Positions 26,577 to 38,111 of a stretch of DNA of 64,000 nucleotides are shown here, piece by piece. Position 1 is the stretch's first letter, and the number at the start of each line of letters is the position of its first letter. This DNA is from Blepharisma stoltei ATCC 30299 (lineage: Eukaryota; Protista; Ciliophora). The stretch is from positions 248,001 through 312,000 of the forward strand of contig CBFDEM010000027.1 in assembly GCA_965603825.1 (NCBI GenBank). Direction: 5' to 3'. The notes below the pieces were generated by a model that ran no database searches, had not been told where the DNA came from, and was given only the letters and a program-made list of their open reading frames with translations. A program made the translations under genes and the position numbers.

Positions 26577-26834
26577 ATGGGATGCAAAGTATCATTGAAT
26601 CGTGAAATAATTATAAAGAATCGCCCTGATTTCAGAAAATGCAAAAATCTGAAGAAAGCTCTGTGCACAATAAGAGATTTAAAATTTAACTTAAAGCCAT
26701 CAACAAATCTCAAAGAAGAACTTTTTGAAATTAATGAGGTCTGCTCGCTTATGGAAGAATCTGATCCTTCTCGACAAATGTCTGAAGTTGGTAGCAGCCT
26801 TGGAGTGAATATTTCAAAGCTGCTTAAAAAATAG
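26577..26834 (+). CDS. Small N-acylated (MGC) protein, paralog B
   Basis: Same motif as 25621-25854 with diverged DNA. Confidence 0.75.
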   Translation: MGCKVSLNREIIIKNRPDFRKCKNLKKALCTIRDLKFNLKPSTNLKEELFEINEVCSLMEESDPSRQMSEVGSSLGVNISKLLKK

Positions 26835-27278
26835 ATAATAAGATATTATCAAATTTATATTGGCTGGCACAAACTGAAGCTCATAAGACCGATTTGTAAA
26901 TAAAGTCTTTAAATAGGTTAAGCTTAGATATAAACATAGTGCTAGATTAGGAATTGACAATTATGGATATATCTTTTCACATAATTTTAGTTGAACATTT
27001 TTAAAGATCTATTTTTTTGAAATTCTTGATAAAAAGAAGAACAATTTGACAGTAAAAAAATGAAGTAAATGATGTGAAATGCAGCAGATTTATAAATTGC
27101 ATATTACTCTTAATTTTGATGCTTGTATTTGTATAATTTATTTGGAAAAAGATATAGGGAATGAACCATAAATATTTCAATAATATTTATTTAAGGAGAT
27201 TTTTCTTATTTGAGGTTCGAAAGATTTCATCTATTGTCAAGGTAAAGTAGCTGCCGAATCGATTATTTTTGATATAGG

Positions 27279-27322
27279 AATTGCCCGAGGATGGCGCAAG
27301 ATAGCGCCATCCTCGGGCAATT
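27279..27322. repeat. Perfect 19-bp GC-rich inverted repeat, 6-nt loop
   Basis: AATTGCCCGAGGATGGCGC-aagata-GCGCCATCCTCGGGCAATT. Confidence 0.95.
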
Positions 27323-27940
27323 AGTATATAATATTAATCTAAATATTTTTAAATTTTTATGAGTTTGAGTAACGCTTGATATAGCATTTTTAATAGCAAT
27401 ATTATGGAATTAGTTTTTAGCTGATATTTATAATATTCAGTTATAACAAATCTGATATCAAAAATGCATCAATTGCTTTTATAAGTGTATATATTACTGA
27501 TTAAACTTTCATTCTTGAGGCAAACTAAGATTTGCCAACTTCAGTGCTTAATTTTGATAGGATATTACACCATTTCAATTAATAGCATACAATTCTAGAT
27601 CGTCACTAATTTGGTTATATTTCAATTTTATAATTTAAAATATGCATTAAATAGGTTTGAAATACATTTAGTGCTTATAAATAAAATAATAGGTCTAATT
27701 CTGTATTTATTTTATAAGTTTAAATTTCTAAATCATTGCAATATAATTTATAAAAATTTATAAACTATTCCAGAAAATTTGTTTGCGATAAAGAGTTAAA
27801 ATTCTGAAAGATATAAATGAAATAAACGCTCTGAAGAAAACTTCGCTTATTATTTATCTTGCAAAAATAAAATTATATTTAATATAATGATATCTTGCTA
27901 TAACTTCAATATATAAAATTTACTCATTTTCAAGAGCCTG

Positions 27941-28783
27941 TTAATTAAATATTGACGCCAAATTTGGGAGAATAAAATTTGGAGAAAAATCATACCTCGG
28001 CAAATCCTCAACTGACGTCACTCCAGACAGAACCAGTAAAGTATCAACATTGCAATCTTTTCCTACTTTTATATCAGAATCCATTGAATCTCCAATTAAA
28101 ACTGTTGTTTCTTTTTCTAAATTATTTTCTTCAATTATAATATCCAGGATAAAAGTGCTTGGCTTTCCCACAATTTCAGCTTTCGTTCTTGTCGCAATTT
28201 CCAAAAATGCAGTAAGCGGCCCACAGCCAGGTATTGTTTTCCCACTATTAAGAACAAGCCCAGAGTCTCCATTGGCTGAAATTAAACTAGCTCCATTTTG
28301 GATATAGAGTGATGCCATATATCCCATATTATAGTCAAATCTCATATCACGCCCAACCACAACTGAATCGACAGGATTCCCAGTAGCAAAGCGCTCTATG
28401 TCCTCAAATGAAGTAATAATAGATTGCTCAATATTAGAAATATGCAAAATTTCATATCCATGAGCTGCAAGCTGGGCTTTAAGCTGATCTGTGCCAATCA
28501 AATAAAGCCTTTTAGCATTTGGATGTTTTCTTTTTAAGTATTTGCTAATTGCTGCTCCTGAACAATAAATTTCTTCAGGTAAAGCTGGATAACCATGAGA
28601 TGAAATTTGTTGAGAAAGCTCCTCAGGAGTTTTCGTTGAATTATTTGATAGAAAATATAGCTTTTTCCCATTGCTTTTTAAAGCTTGCAATACTTCAAAA
28701 CTTCCTGGAATATCTCGATGTCCTTTTCACAAGACACCATCACAATCAAAGATATAAGAGCTATATTTATTTGGATCCATCAT
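27941..28783 (-). CDS. HAD-IIA phosphatase (PGP/4-nitrophenylphosphatase family)
   Basis: FDCDGVLW(TGA), LSNNS, VGKPS, IGDSMDSDI, LVLSGV. Confidence 0.92.
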
Positions 28784-28873
28784 TGTCTATTTGATCGCTA
28801 TTTGAATTAGACTAAATTTTATTATTAACCTGTTTAAAGAGATTATTTCAAAAAGGATAATAAAGATTTAATT

Positions 28874-29059
28874 ATGGGAAACTATTTAGCAAGCTGCTTT
28901 ACAAATATTAGCCCAGATGAAAAAGAAAAAAAAATTCAAGAAGAAGGAAAAGCTGTATCAATTACTATACTGAAAGAGTCAATTATTAGCAAACCTAACT
29001 ATGCTACCATTCTAAACCCTTTCAATAATATGAACGAAGATTTATTTGGAGCTGCGTAA
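28874..29059 (+). CDS. Small putatively myristoylated protein (61 aa)
   Basis: MGNYLASC N-terminus, TAA stop. Confidence 0.55.
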   Translation: MGNYLASCFTNISPDEKEKKIQEEGKAVSITILKESIISKPNYATILNPFNNMNEDLFGAA

Positions 29060-29322
29060 TATAAAATATTTAATATAATTGATATTCGTTTTAATCTAAA
29101 TCATTCAGAAAAAGACTCACTTTCATTCTTTAGTATCCTCCTTGGCTGTGTAAAATGAAACCAAGCATATTTCTACGCAAATTTATTATAATTATATTGG
29201 TGCAAGGATTTCGTTGCGCAGAAAATTTATTTTTTGAATTGATTTATTCACAGAATTAGAGCAAAACTAATTTTTATTATTTTATACGAATCCATTATAC
29301 TTCCACAGTTGCCTTGCAGTTT

Positions 29323-30432
29323 TTAAATTATTAAAAAGAAAATATAGCTGAAAAGAGTCAGAGTAAATAGCCCAGTAATATATTGAACTGCACTCAGCAA
29401 AGTACACTCTTTTATCCCAACATCATAGAGTTGGCAAATAATCAAGACAGCAATTGCAGTTGGGCAGCTTGCAGCAATAAAATTCACATAAGCCATTACT
29501 TTATTATCTCCAAAAATCCCTAATCACCAAACAAAATAAGTGTATAATAGAATAAGGCCAGGTATTATTACGTTTCTAAATAGTGTAACTCATATTGCAT
29601 ATTTTTTATCAATTTCTTTTATCTGATTCTTGCAGAGCATAATGTTGCTCCCTAATATCATTTGTGAAAGGACTATTCCATTATAAGCAATTGTCATTGC
29701 GGAGTCAGAGATTGATAATAAAGGAGCATTATCATCAAAAAATAATCATTTAATCCCAGGGATAAATCCAAAGATAAGTCCTATAAAGCTCGCAACAGGA
29801 ATAGGCGATAAAAAGCTTTTCACTAAGATTGCTTTTAACGGCATAGGCTCTCTTTTTGCTTCATTTTCTTTGATTTCTTCTTGCTCATTGGCGGCATCTC
29901 CAACTTTTCTTTCATTTTCCTTTGAAATTGCATCAATTCTTATAAGTGTCAATCCGCCAACTCACATAAAAATGTTGAAAGTCAAAGCAATTATAGCTAT
30001 GTATCCATTTATATCTTTGCAATGATCGTCATCTCCTAAGTATCCATATGAAGAGCAAAGACCCTGCACAACTAGTAAAGGAATATTTGCCATGTTAGGT
30101 AGAGCTATCATTGTAACTGTGACGAAAGTCAGATTCTTAGGAGGCTTCATAATCGGTATGAAAACAAATCCAATCAGCCCGGAAATGGAAATTGTTATTG
30201 TAGGGGACACAAAAAGTGGCCAAAGTTCTGACATTTTGTTGATATCTACGTATTTTGCAAGGTTAAAAAGGCAATACAATGGAAAAAAGAATTCTGGGTA
30301 GCTTTTAGATATTATGTCATTTGAAGCCTTATTGAAAATTTTGAGATATGTTAAGGCTGCTCCTGCAAGTGTTATGGCTATTAGCGGAACCATCCCTGTA
30401 ATACAGCCTAGGATGATGGCAGATGCACTCAT
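29323..30432 (-). CDS. AEC/PILS-type membrane transporter
   Basis: About 10 TM segments, FFP, PNMANIPL, CPTA motifs; four TGA=Trp. Confidence 0.85.
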
Positions 30433-30902
30433 TTTTATTTAAAGCAAACCCTTGGACATTTTAGCTGCATTGAAAGTCTGATCATAATTGGTTCATCCAT
30501 TTATAAATTTTTTGCATCAAGTCTTTATAAGAGAAGTATTGAATTGGCATGCAAATAGATTTATTGTGCTGAAAAATAATAATTTTCTTATAGCACATTT
30601 GAGCAATCGATGCAAATTAATGAAGTTTAGTGTTGGACTATTATTGCATTAATTTTCAAGCTTGATGAAATTAGAATAAAAGAATCTATAATAGTTGGAC
30701 AATATAATTTCTTATGAACTGAAAAATTTTTATTATTTATGTAAAATATCATATTACTTGTTATGTCTCTGCTTAAGGGTCCCGATATTTATGACTAAAG
30801 ACTTTTGAAATGCAAGCATATATATTCAAGAAAAAATATTATACACCCATATTTTAAAATGGCATTTTCTGGCCAAATTTATAAATAACTTCAGTGTTTC
30901 AT

Positions 30903-31898
30903 ATGTGGTTCATAACTGCCCTACTCTTCTCATCTGCCTTAGCCAAACCTACATCAGCTCCTTATCTCCTTACTCAAAATAGGCCCTTTATTATAGCTCA
31001 CCGAGGAGCATGTGGATATATTCCTGAGCATACTCTGCAAGCCTATGAAGTTGCATCATATATGTCCGCCGATTTTATTGAGTCTGATTTAGTCCCATCA
31101 AAAGACTTTCAACTCATCGTCAACCACGATAATCTTCTGAATGAAACAACAAATATCGATCTTTTACCTCAATTTTCAAATTTACACACAACTAAAACCA
31201 TTGATACCTATAAAGGAAATATTACAGAAACTGGCTGATTTATTGAAGATTTTTCATTAAATCAAATAAAAGAGCTCAGGGCTAAGCAAAGGCTGAACTT
31301 CAGGCCAAAGCATCTAAATTACTTGTTCCAGAAAATCACAATAGAAGAAACACTAAACTGGGCAATTAATGAAAATTTGGAGAGAATAAAAAAGAATAAA
31401 AAACTGCTGGGAGTGTATATTGAATTGAAATATCCAAAATATTTCAACTCAAAAGGATTTCCGGTACAGGAAATGCTTCTGGGGGTATTGAATAAGTTTG
31501 GGGTTGGGGACTTAAACAGTGCAAGCGAAAAATGTCCAATAGTTTTGGAGTGCTTTGAATTAGAAACTTTGAAATATTTTAGTGAAGTTACTGACCTACC
31601 TCTGGTATACTTAATTGATTCAAGAATAGGGAGCAATCAGATTGAGGAGTACTCAACGATAGTTCATGGAGTTGGACCAGATTTAGGGTATGTTTTTGAT
31701 CTTGGACTAGATGGCACTGGATTTATAGCCAAGGCCCATAGCAATGAGCTGTTTGTTCATCCTTGGGTTATGAGAGATGATATTCTGCCTGAAGGAGCTA
31801 ACGCAGAAGAGATGTACTTAAAATTACTCTATGAGAATGCTGATGGAATTTTCACCGACTTTCCAGACTCTGCAAGCACGTATTTTAGCACTGAATAG
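30903..31898 (+). CDS. Secreted glycerophosphodiester phosphodiesterase (GDPD/GlpQ-like)
   Basis: Signal peptide; IIAHRGACGYIPEHT, IESDL, HD, YIELK, DGIFTDFP; TGA at 31236 (TGWF). Confidence 0.93.
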
Positions 31899-32011
31899 CC
31901 TTTATTAAATTTGAATCTTAAAATAAACTATCCAAATCGTCATTTTTTTCTTATTAATACATAGCCCGATATTCCTCAAACTTAACAAGGGAATTAATTA
32001 TGGAATAGATA

Positions 32012-32851
32012 ATGATAATAGATGAATTAAAAGAATTTCAATCTTTCTTTTTTGACCTTGATGGAGTGATCTGAAACAACCATAGACCTTTGCCAGGTTC
32101 TTCTGAGCTAATCCAAAGACTCCAAACCCTAGGAAAAGAAATCTACTTCATCTCTAACAATTGCGAGCTTTCCAGAAGAAACATTTGTGAAGCTTTAGAA
32201 AGATATAGCATACACTCAAAAATAGAGAATATAATTTGTGGCTCCTCCAGCTGTGCTCTCTGAGCTACAAACAACTGTCAAGCTCATTCAAAGATATTAA
32301 CAATTGGAGCAAAAGGGCTAGATGAAGAGCTTGTTGACGCAGGATTTCACATAGTTCCTGCGGCCTCTCTTATTAGTCCTGATGTAGATTATGCTGATAT
32401 ACAAACTGATGATGATATAAAAATAGTTGTAGTTGCTGATACTTTGACGTTGAGTTATCATAATATTGCATATGCCTCAAGATGCATGCAAAAAGGAGCG
32501 AAATTAATTGCTCCAAACTATTATGATGCCAACTGAAAACTAGGAAGGTTTAAAATTCCATGCTCAGCTTGCACAATTAATGCTTTAGTTGCTTCCGCTC
32601 GTGATAAGACTTTTGTTACCCCTGGGAAGCCGCACCCAATGATGCTGGAAAGTATTATCAAAAGAGACAGTTTAGATAAAGCCAAAATTATTATTTTTGG
32701 AGACACTATGCCAACTGATATTTTATTAGCAAAAAACTGTGAAGTAAAATCTGCACTTGTGCTGACAGGAAATGAAAGCTCGGAGTCATATTTGAGATTT
32801 TCGTTTAGGCCTGATTTTGTATATACAAATTTGGTGGAGGTTCTTAAGTAA
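32012..32851 (+). CDS. HAD-IIA phosphatase, second paralog
   Basis: FDLDGVIW(TGA), ISNN, PGKP, FGDTMPTDI, LVLTG; mostly missed by ORF track. Confidence 0.9.
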
Positions 32852-33966
32852 ATTACTCATAGTTTAATAAGAAATAGAATGATTTTATAAATTTTAAGAT
32901 GTCGTAATTTAACTATAATCACTTTTAAATGATTTCTCTGAAACAAAATGCGCATCAGAGATTTCCTTTGTCGTTTTTACAGCATAAAGAATAGAAAGGC
33001 TTGCTCAACAGCGATTTTTGAGTAGAAGCTTGATCGGATCAGATGATCCGCAAATTTTAAAAAGTAATATTAATTATTTTAGCCCAGCAAATTCTCCTTA
33101 GCATAAGAAAACTGGTGTACTGTTTACATAAAGCAAATTACAAAAAATCCCAACGAATACTTTTTAAGGAATAAGGAATATAAAGTATTTTTTATAATAA
33201 AGACACTTTTTTGAGTAGTTAGGCTATCAAGATCAGCTATCAAGGATTGGCAAGAAATATATAATGGTTTACAAATATTTTTATTTTGTAATGTAATGAT
33301 ATTCTCATTTTAATTTTTCTTATGGCCTATAATATTATCTCTTGTGAAACTTTAAGCCATCAACATCTAAAAGCGAACAAATGCATGGTTTGCATTTTTA
33401 GAGTTTGACATTTTGAAAAATCTGAGAAGCTTTAAGACATAGATTTTAACTATTGATTAGATAATTAAACATATCCTTGAGAAATTAAAGGATTAAATTG
33501 TAAAATTAGCATAAGAAAGCTACTCTTAGCATTTCATTGCTATTTAATATGATTTAAATTGGAAAAGCATTTATTTTTATATAAACACAAGCAGAAATCA
33601 ATCAAAAATTCAGGAAATTTTGCAAAAGACTAATTTTTAAAGTTTTTCTCATTAAATCAGCTTTAGGTTGTACAGTATCTGATATTAGTGATTCATTCTT
33701 AAACATATTTAAGGTGAATTTTATAAGTCTCAATGAGGCATTTTTACTATGAGATGGTGGTCTATAATGCCATAATGGGAATGGATGAAATGAGTAAGGA
33801 CGAGGTATTCATTAATTGATACAAGGCACGCTTAACCAATTGAGCAACTAATAAAGAATTTTGTTGATGGCTTCATTAATCGAGGATATCAAATATTGAT
33901 TATGACAATAATAAAATCTGTTTTATGAATCACAGACTGGGTAACCTCCATAATAAATTGGCTATC

Positions 33967-34446
33967 ATGGCTAAAAGCACTATTAAACAATCTCCACTGA
34001 GAGATTTAAAATGCAATGTTGCTGGATGCGGAAAGGTTCTAAGCTCAAAATACAACTTAAAGCGTCATATAGAGTCTTGCCACTATGGTTACAAGCCTTA
34101 TGAGTGCCCACATTGCTTTAAACGCTTTTCCTCAAAGCAAAATAAACGAGAGCACACCAAATTAGAGCATGCCTCTATTAAGCTCCCAAAAGTACCAAAA
34201 AGGCAAGAAAATTCTCCAAGTGTCAATATTAATATTCCTCTCTTGACCACCTTGATAATTCTTTCCTCTGACCCTGATATAAGGCCTTTATCAAGATATG
34301 CAAGAATTTATTTATTCGGGAACGATGATATATTTCGGCATCCTGAAAAATATATCTTTAACCCAATTGAGGAAAGTCTAAGAGAACCCAATGCTAAATT
34401 AGGCATTCCAAAAGAGCTTGATAGCGAAGGAAAAAAAGTCTATTAA
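33967..34446 (+). CDS. C2H2 zinc-finger protein (2 fingers)
   Basis: CNVAGC..LKRHIESCH, KPYECPHC..EHTKLEH; alternative upstream ATG at 33925. Confidence 0.88.
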   Translation: MAKSTIKQSPLRDLKCNVAGCGKVLSSKYNLKRHIESCHYGYKPYECPHCFKRFSSKQNKREHTKLEHASIKLPKVPKRQENSPSVNINIPLLTTLIILSSDPDIRPLSRYARIYLFGNDDIFRHPEKYIFNPIEESLREPNAKLGIPKELDSEGKKVY

Positions 34447-35638
34447 GTTAATTTTAGATCTTAAAATTTTGCGAAGGCATAAGCGTTGATCACAATTGCA
34501 TCCTGATATAGGCATCATTTATTGAAATCTAAAAAGATATTTAAGCCATAAGACCTTATTGTAAACATTAAATGGCTTTCATCACCTAATTTTTGCTTGA
34601 TGTGATGAAAATCTGAATTAATTCTCCAGAGTGTTATCAAAATGGGGTGCTGACACCTCAATTTTATGCATTCTATAATTTCTATCTATAAATCTGCCAA
34701 AGAGCAAAATATGTTAAATTAAATTCTAGAATAGTCTCTCGATCATGAATCCTATCTAAAATTTTAAGATTAGAGGCTTGGATTTTCTTCAACAAGCTGG
34801 ACTCCATCTCGTGAAATTTCGCACCATTATGAGATAAAAGCTTAGATGTTTATTAGCTAACAAAAAGCAAAAATTTATTGATAAAAAGAAATTAGGCTAA
34901 TATAAGGATTTCATATAAAATTTAATCAAATTAATACTCAGAAAGAAGAATTTTGCTCTGGATTTCTTTATCTTAGCCAAGCTCTAGTAGGCTTATGCTG
35001 CTGTCGATATTTTATACTTTTATATATGGCCAAAAATAATTCTTTGAATAGGGGAAAATGGATTGCTTTCTATAAAGTATTAATTTAGGCTGTATATTGT
35101 ACTTAAAATACGTCAGACTAATTCTTGTCTAACGGTTGAGTAGTGAACATAATAAAGATATGCAAAAATTGATAGTTTCAGCTTCGTACTTTCTTTTCGA
35201 AGTTACTAAATTGTGCAAAAAATTAGCTAACTACTCTAGCCTTATTAGTGAGTAAACATTGCATCGCTGCTTTTGATTAGAAGGCAATATTTTTGCAGGG
35301 TGTTTTATGTTATTTATTTTATATTTTTAATTCATAAATTGTGCTTTAGAAAGCAAGTTACATAAACATAAATTTCTCAAAGAAATAAGAATTTTAATTT
35401 TAAATATAAACAAATTTGGATTTTTGAAACAATAATATATAGAATTTGATACTACCTTCTCCGTTAGTGGCAAAAAATTCTTGTTCGCGAGTCAAAGGCA
35501 TTCATTATTTTCAAATTATTAAATTAGACTATAGGCATGTTCTTTAATATTAATTATGGAACGTAAGAATGTATAAGAATTTAGCAAAGATAAATATTTG
35601 CGATATTATGTAAAATTAAATTTTATTTGACTATCTAA

Positions 35639-38041
35639 TTACAATATTTTTGCATATGTGCTAGGCTTTGAGTCTACATAGTTCTCTAAAATATGAACTT
35701 TATGAGAGGCATCTTCATTTTCTAAAATCACACTCACTTCGCTCTTATCATTGTCTTCGGTTTCTTCTTGCTCCAACATAAACTCTCCATCTAATTTTAT
35801 ATTAAAATAGAGATCGAGATCTGTTCCTGCTTCTTTAACAAGCTCTTTCGGGTCAACGCAAAAATCTTCTTGCTCAGCTTCTTTTTCAGAAAAGCTTTCA
35901 TCATTTTTATTCTCATTCTTTAAAGAGTTTTCAAATACAGCAAGTTCATCTGACTTTAGTTTTAAATATGAAGGCTTTTCAAGCTCTAATGATTTTTCTT
36001 CAATTTTTTCAGTCCCTGAAAACTCATATGTTATTGGATCATAGAAGGGAATTTCAACTATTTTGCAATGTGGGTGAGGCATTTTTTCGTCAAAATAGGA
36101 CATCTTTGAAGATTTTGGAAGGGTGAAAAGACCCTTGGATACTGAATAAGTTCTTGTTCTCTTTTTTACTGGGGCGTTTTTAGGTGAAGAGCCAAAACTC
36201 AAGCTTGTCTCGCTGAAAACCCTGCGGATTGGAAAGCTCCTATTGAATTCTTCTTTTGCAGCTGAGCTCCAAATCCCCAGCCTTTTCAAAAATCTCCCTA
36301 CTTCAATTTTCCATCAATCTTTTTCAGGGTTTTTTTTATTTAGATCAATTGGATTATGAAGCCTCGTATCATCTTCAATTTCCCAAAGCGGGACATTATT
36401 TAAGAGAGGCTTATAAACACCTAAAAATAGGTTCATGGCCTGCTGCTTTTTTGGATCTGTTATGAGATTTGCCCAATGTCTCTTAATCGCTGTGAATTTT
36501 TTCTTTTTCTTTTTATTTTGAATATATTTCCCTTTGTGGGCTTCTGAGCCTGAATACTGAATTCCAATCATATCTCCCATTTCCTCATAAAGCTGGCTTA
36601 TCAGTCTAATTATCATTGAATCTATATTAAGGTATTGTGCCAAGCCCATTTCTTTTAGCTGTCTTTCTAGGGCAACTCTTGCAACTAGCATTTGGGCTAT
36701 ATTAGTTCGATCAATACTATCAATGCAATTGGTTCTTACTGTTCCTATTTGAAAAGCGCACTTCATCAGCCCATTTGTTTTGAATTTACAAGTGAAAATT
36801 GAAGTTTGGTCCAAGCATTCTCCAGCTAGAATGTACATTTTGTTTATCATGTTCGCCCTTGATGTTTTTTCTTCAGTTTTTATGTCAAATGGATAAAATT
36901 TCAACTTATACTTATCTGGGAGATGGCCATTAAGATACTCAACGCATCTGAAATATTCTTGTGCAATTGCATTTTCTTTGTGCTTTTTTTGATATCTCAG
37001 CAAACTAATAAGATTTAATGGTTTTCCATATCTCTGGAATAAATCAGCTATGTGCTTTCTTGTACCTTCTCTTAAAAAATCATTTTTATTCAAAATAATT
37101 GCAGGAGGTGGGATAACTGGGTTTGGCTCTTGGCACCAAAACAGAGGAACACTTCCTCTAACTTGTACAAAAGAGCTCATCGGCCCAAAAGGTCCTTTAT
37201 CAATAAGAATTTGTTCTTCTTCTACATCATTGGCAACTTTTCCTTCTTCATTGAGTCCTCTTTTTAGATACCTTGTGCCAGCAAAATATCTTGATCTTCT
37301 CGCAATGACGACTAAATCAAGGATTCTTCCTACCATAGACAGGCAATGGTACCCTACATACCCATGAATTATAGGAGTTATCCAAGTTTTGTCTTTAAGT
37401 GCTGATAGGACTGATATCATTTGATCATGGTTTCACACATACATGGTTTTCCAAGGATAGTATTCTCATTCGTGCTCACATTCATTATTGACGCATTCTC
37501 CCAAATGATGTTGAGACTGAGTCCTTTTGTTAGACCTCGATAAGGATTTGTCGTCTCCCATCATTGAGGATATGTTTTCTTGAAGCGTATGAGTGAGATC
37601 GTAGGTATAAGAGTAATAAAATCCCATAGCCATGTCGAGACCGCTAAAAATATCCATGTATCTCTTTTCTTCTGATTTCTGTTTTTCTGGGAAAAGCTTT
37701 AAAAGTTTGGTTTCTTGAATTTTGTATATCGACTGGTCTCTAATTTTGGCAACTTTTTGACTTTTCGTGATATAGTATAAGTAATAACCCTGGAGAAATT
37801 TTGTGAGTCCTAGTATAGCTTCAGCTTCTGTGGCTGTGCGTATGTTGTCCTTTGGAAGAATGTTACTGAGATACATAAGCAGATCATTTTGACTTAGAGT
37901 TTGAAAATCTTCTTGGATAGAAATAGGTCCAGAACTTTTAATGATTTTTATCATGCTGTATAGAGGTGATGTCTTTTTTTGGCCTGTGATTAAGAAATAA
38001 GTGCCAGCATCATAAATTTTGATATTCCTATAGCTTTCCAT
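35639..38041 (-). CDS. FIG4: SAC-domain polyphosphoinositide phosphatase, FIG4-like
   Basis: FYYSYTYDLT, ARRSRYFAGTRYLKRG, RGSVPLFW, RTNCIDSIDRTN (CX5RT), QYSGS, KQQAMNLFLG. Confidence 0.9.
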
Positions 38042-38111
38042 TTATTGGGAATTATTTAAGCTCATTGTTAAAATTCAATTATTTTTAATTTGAAATGCTA
38101 TATTGGTAATA

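Noticed and set aside
33035-33050. 7-bp palindrome CGGATCA-ga-TGATCCG
   Set aside because: Too short to distinguish from chance
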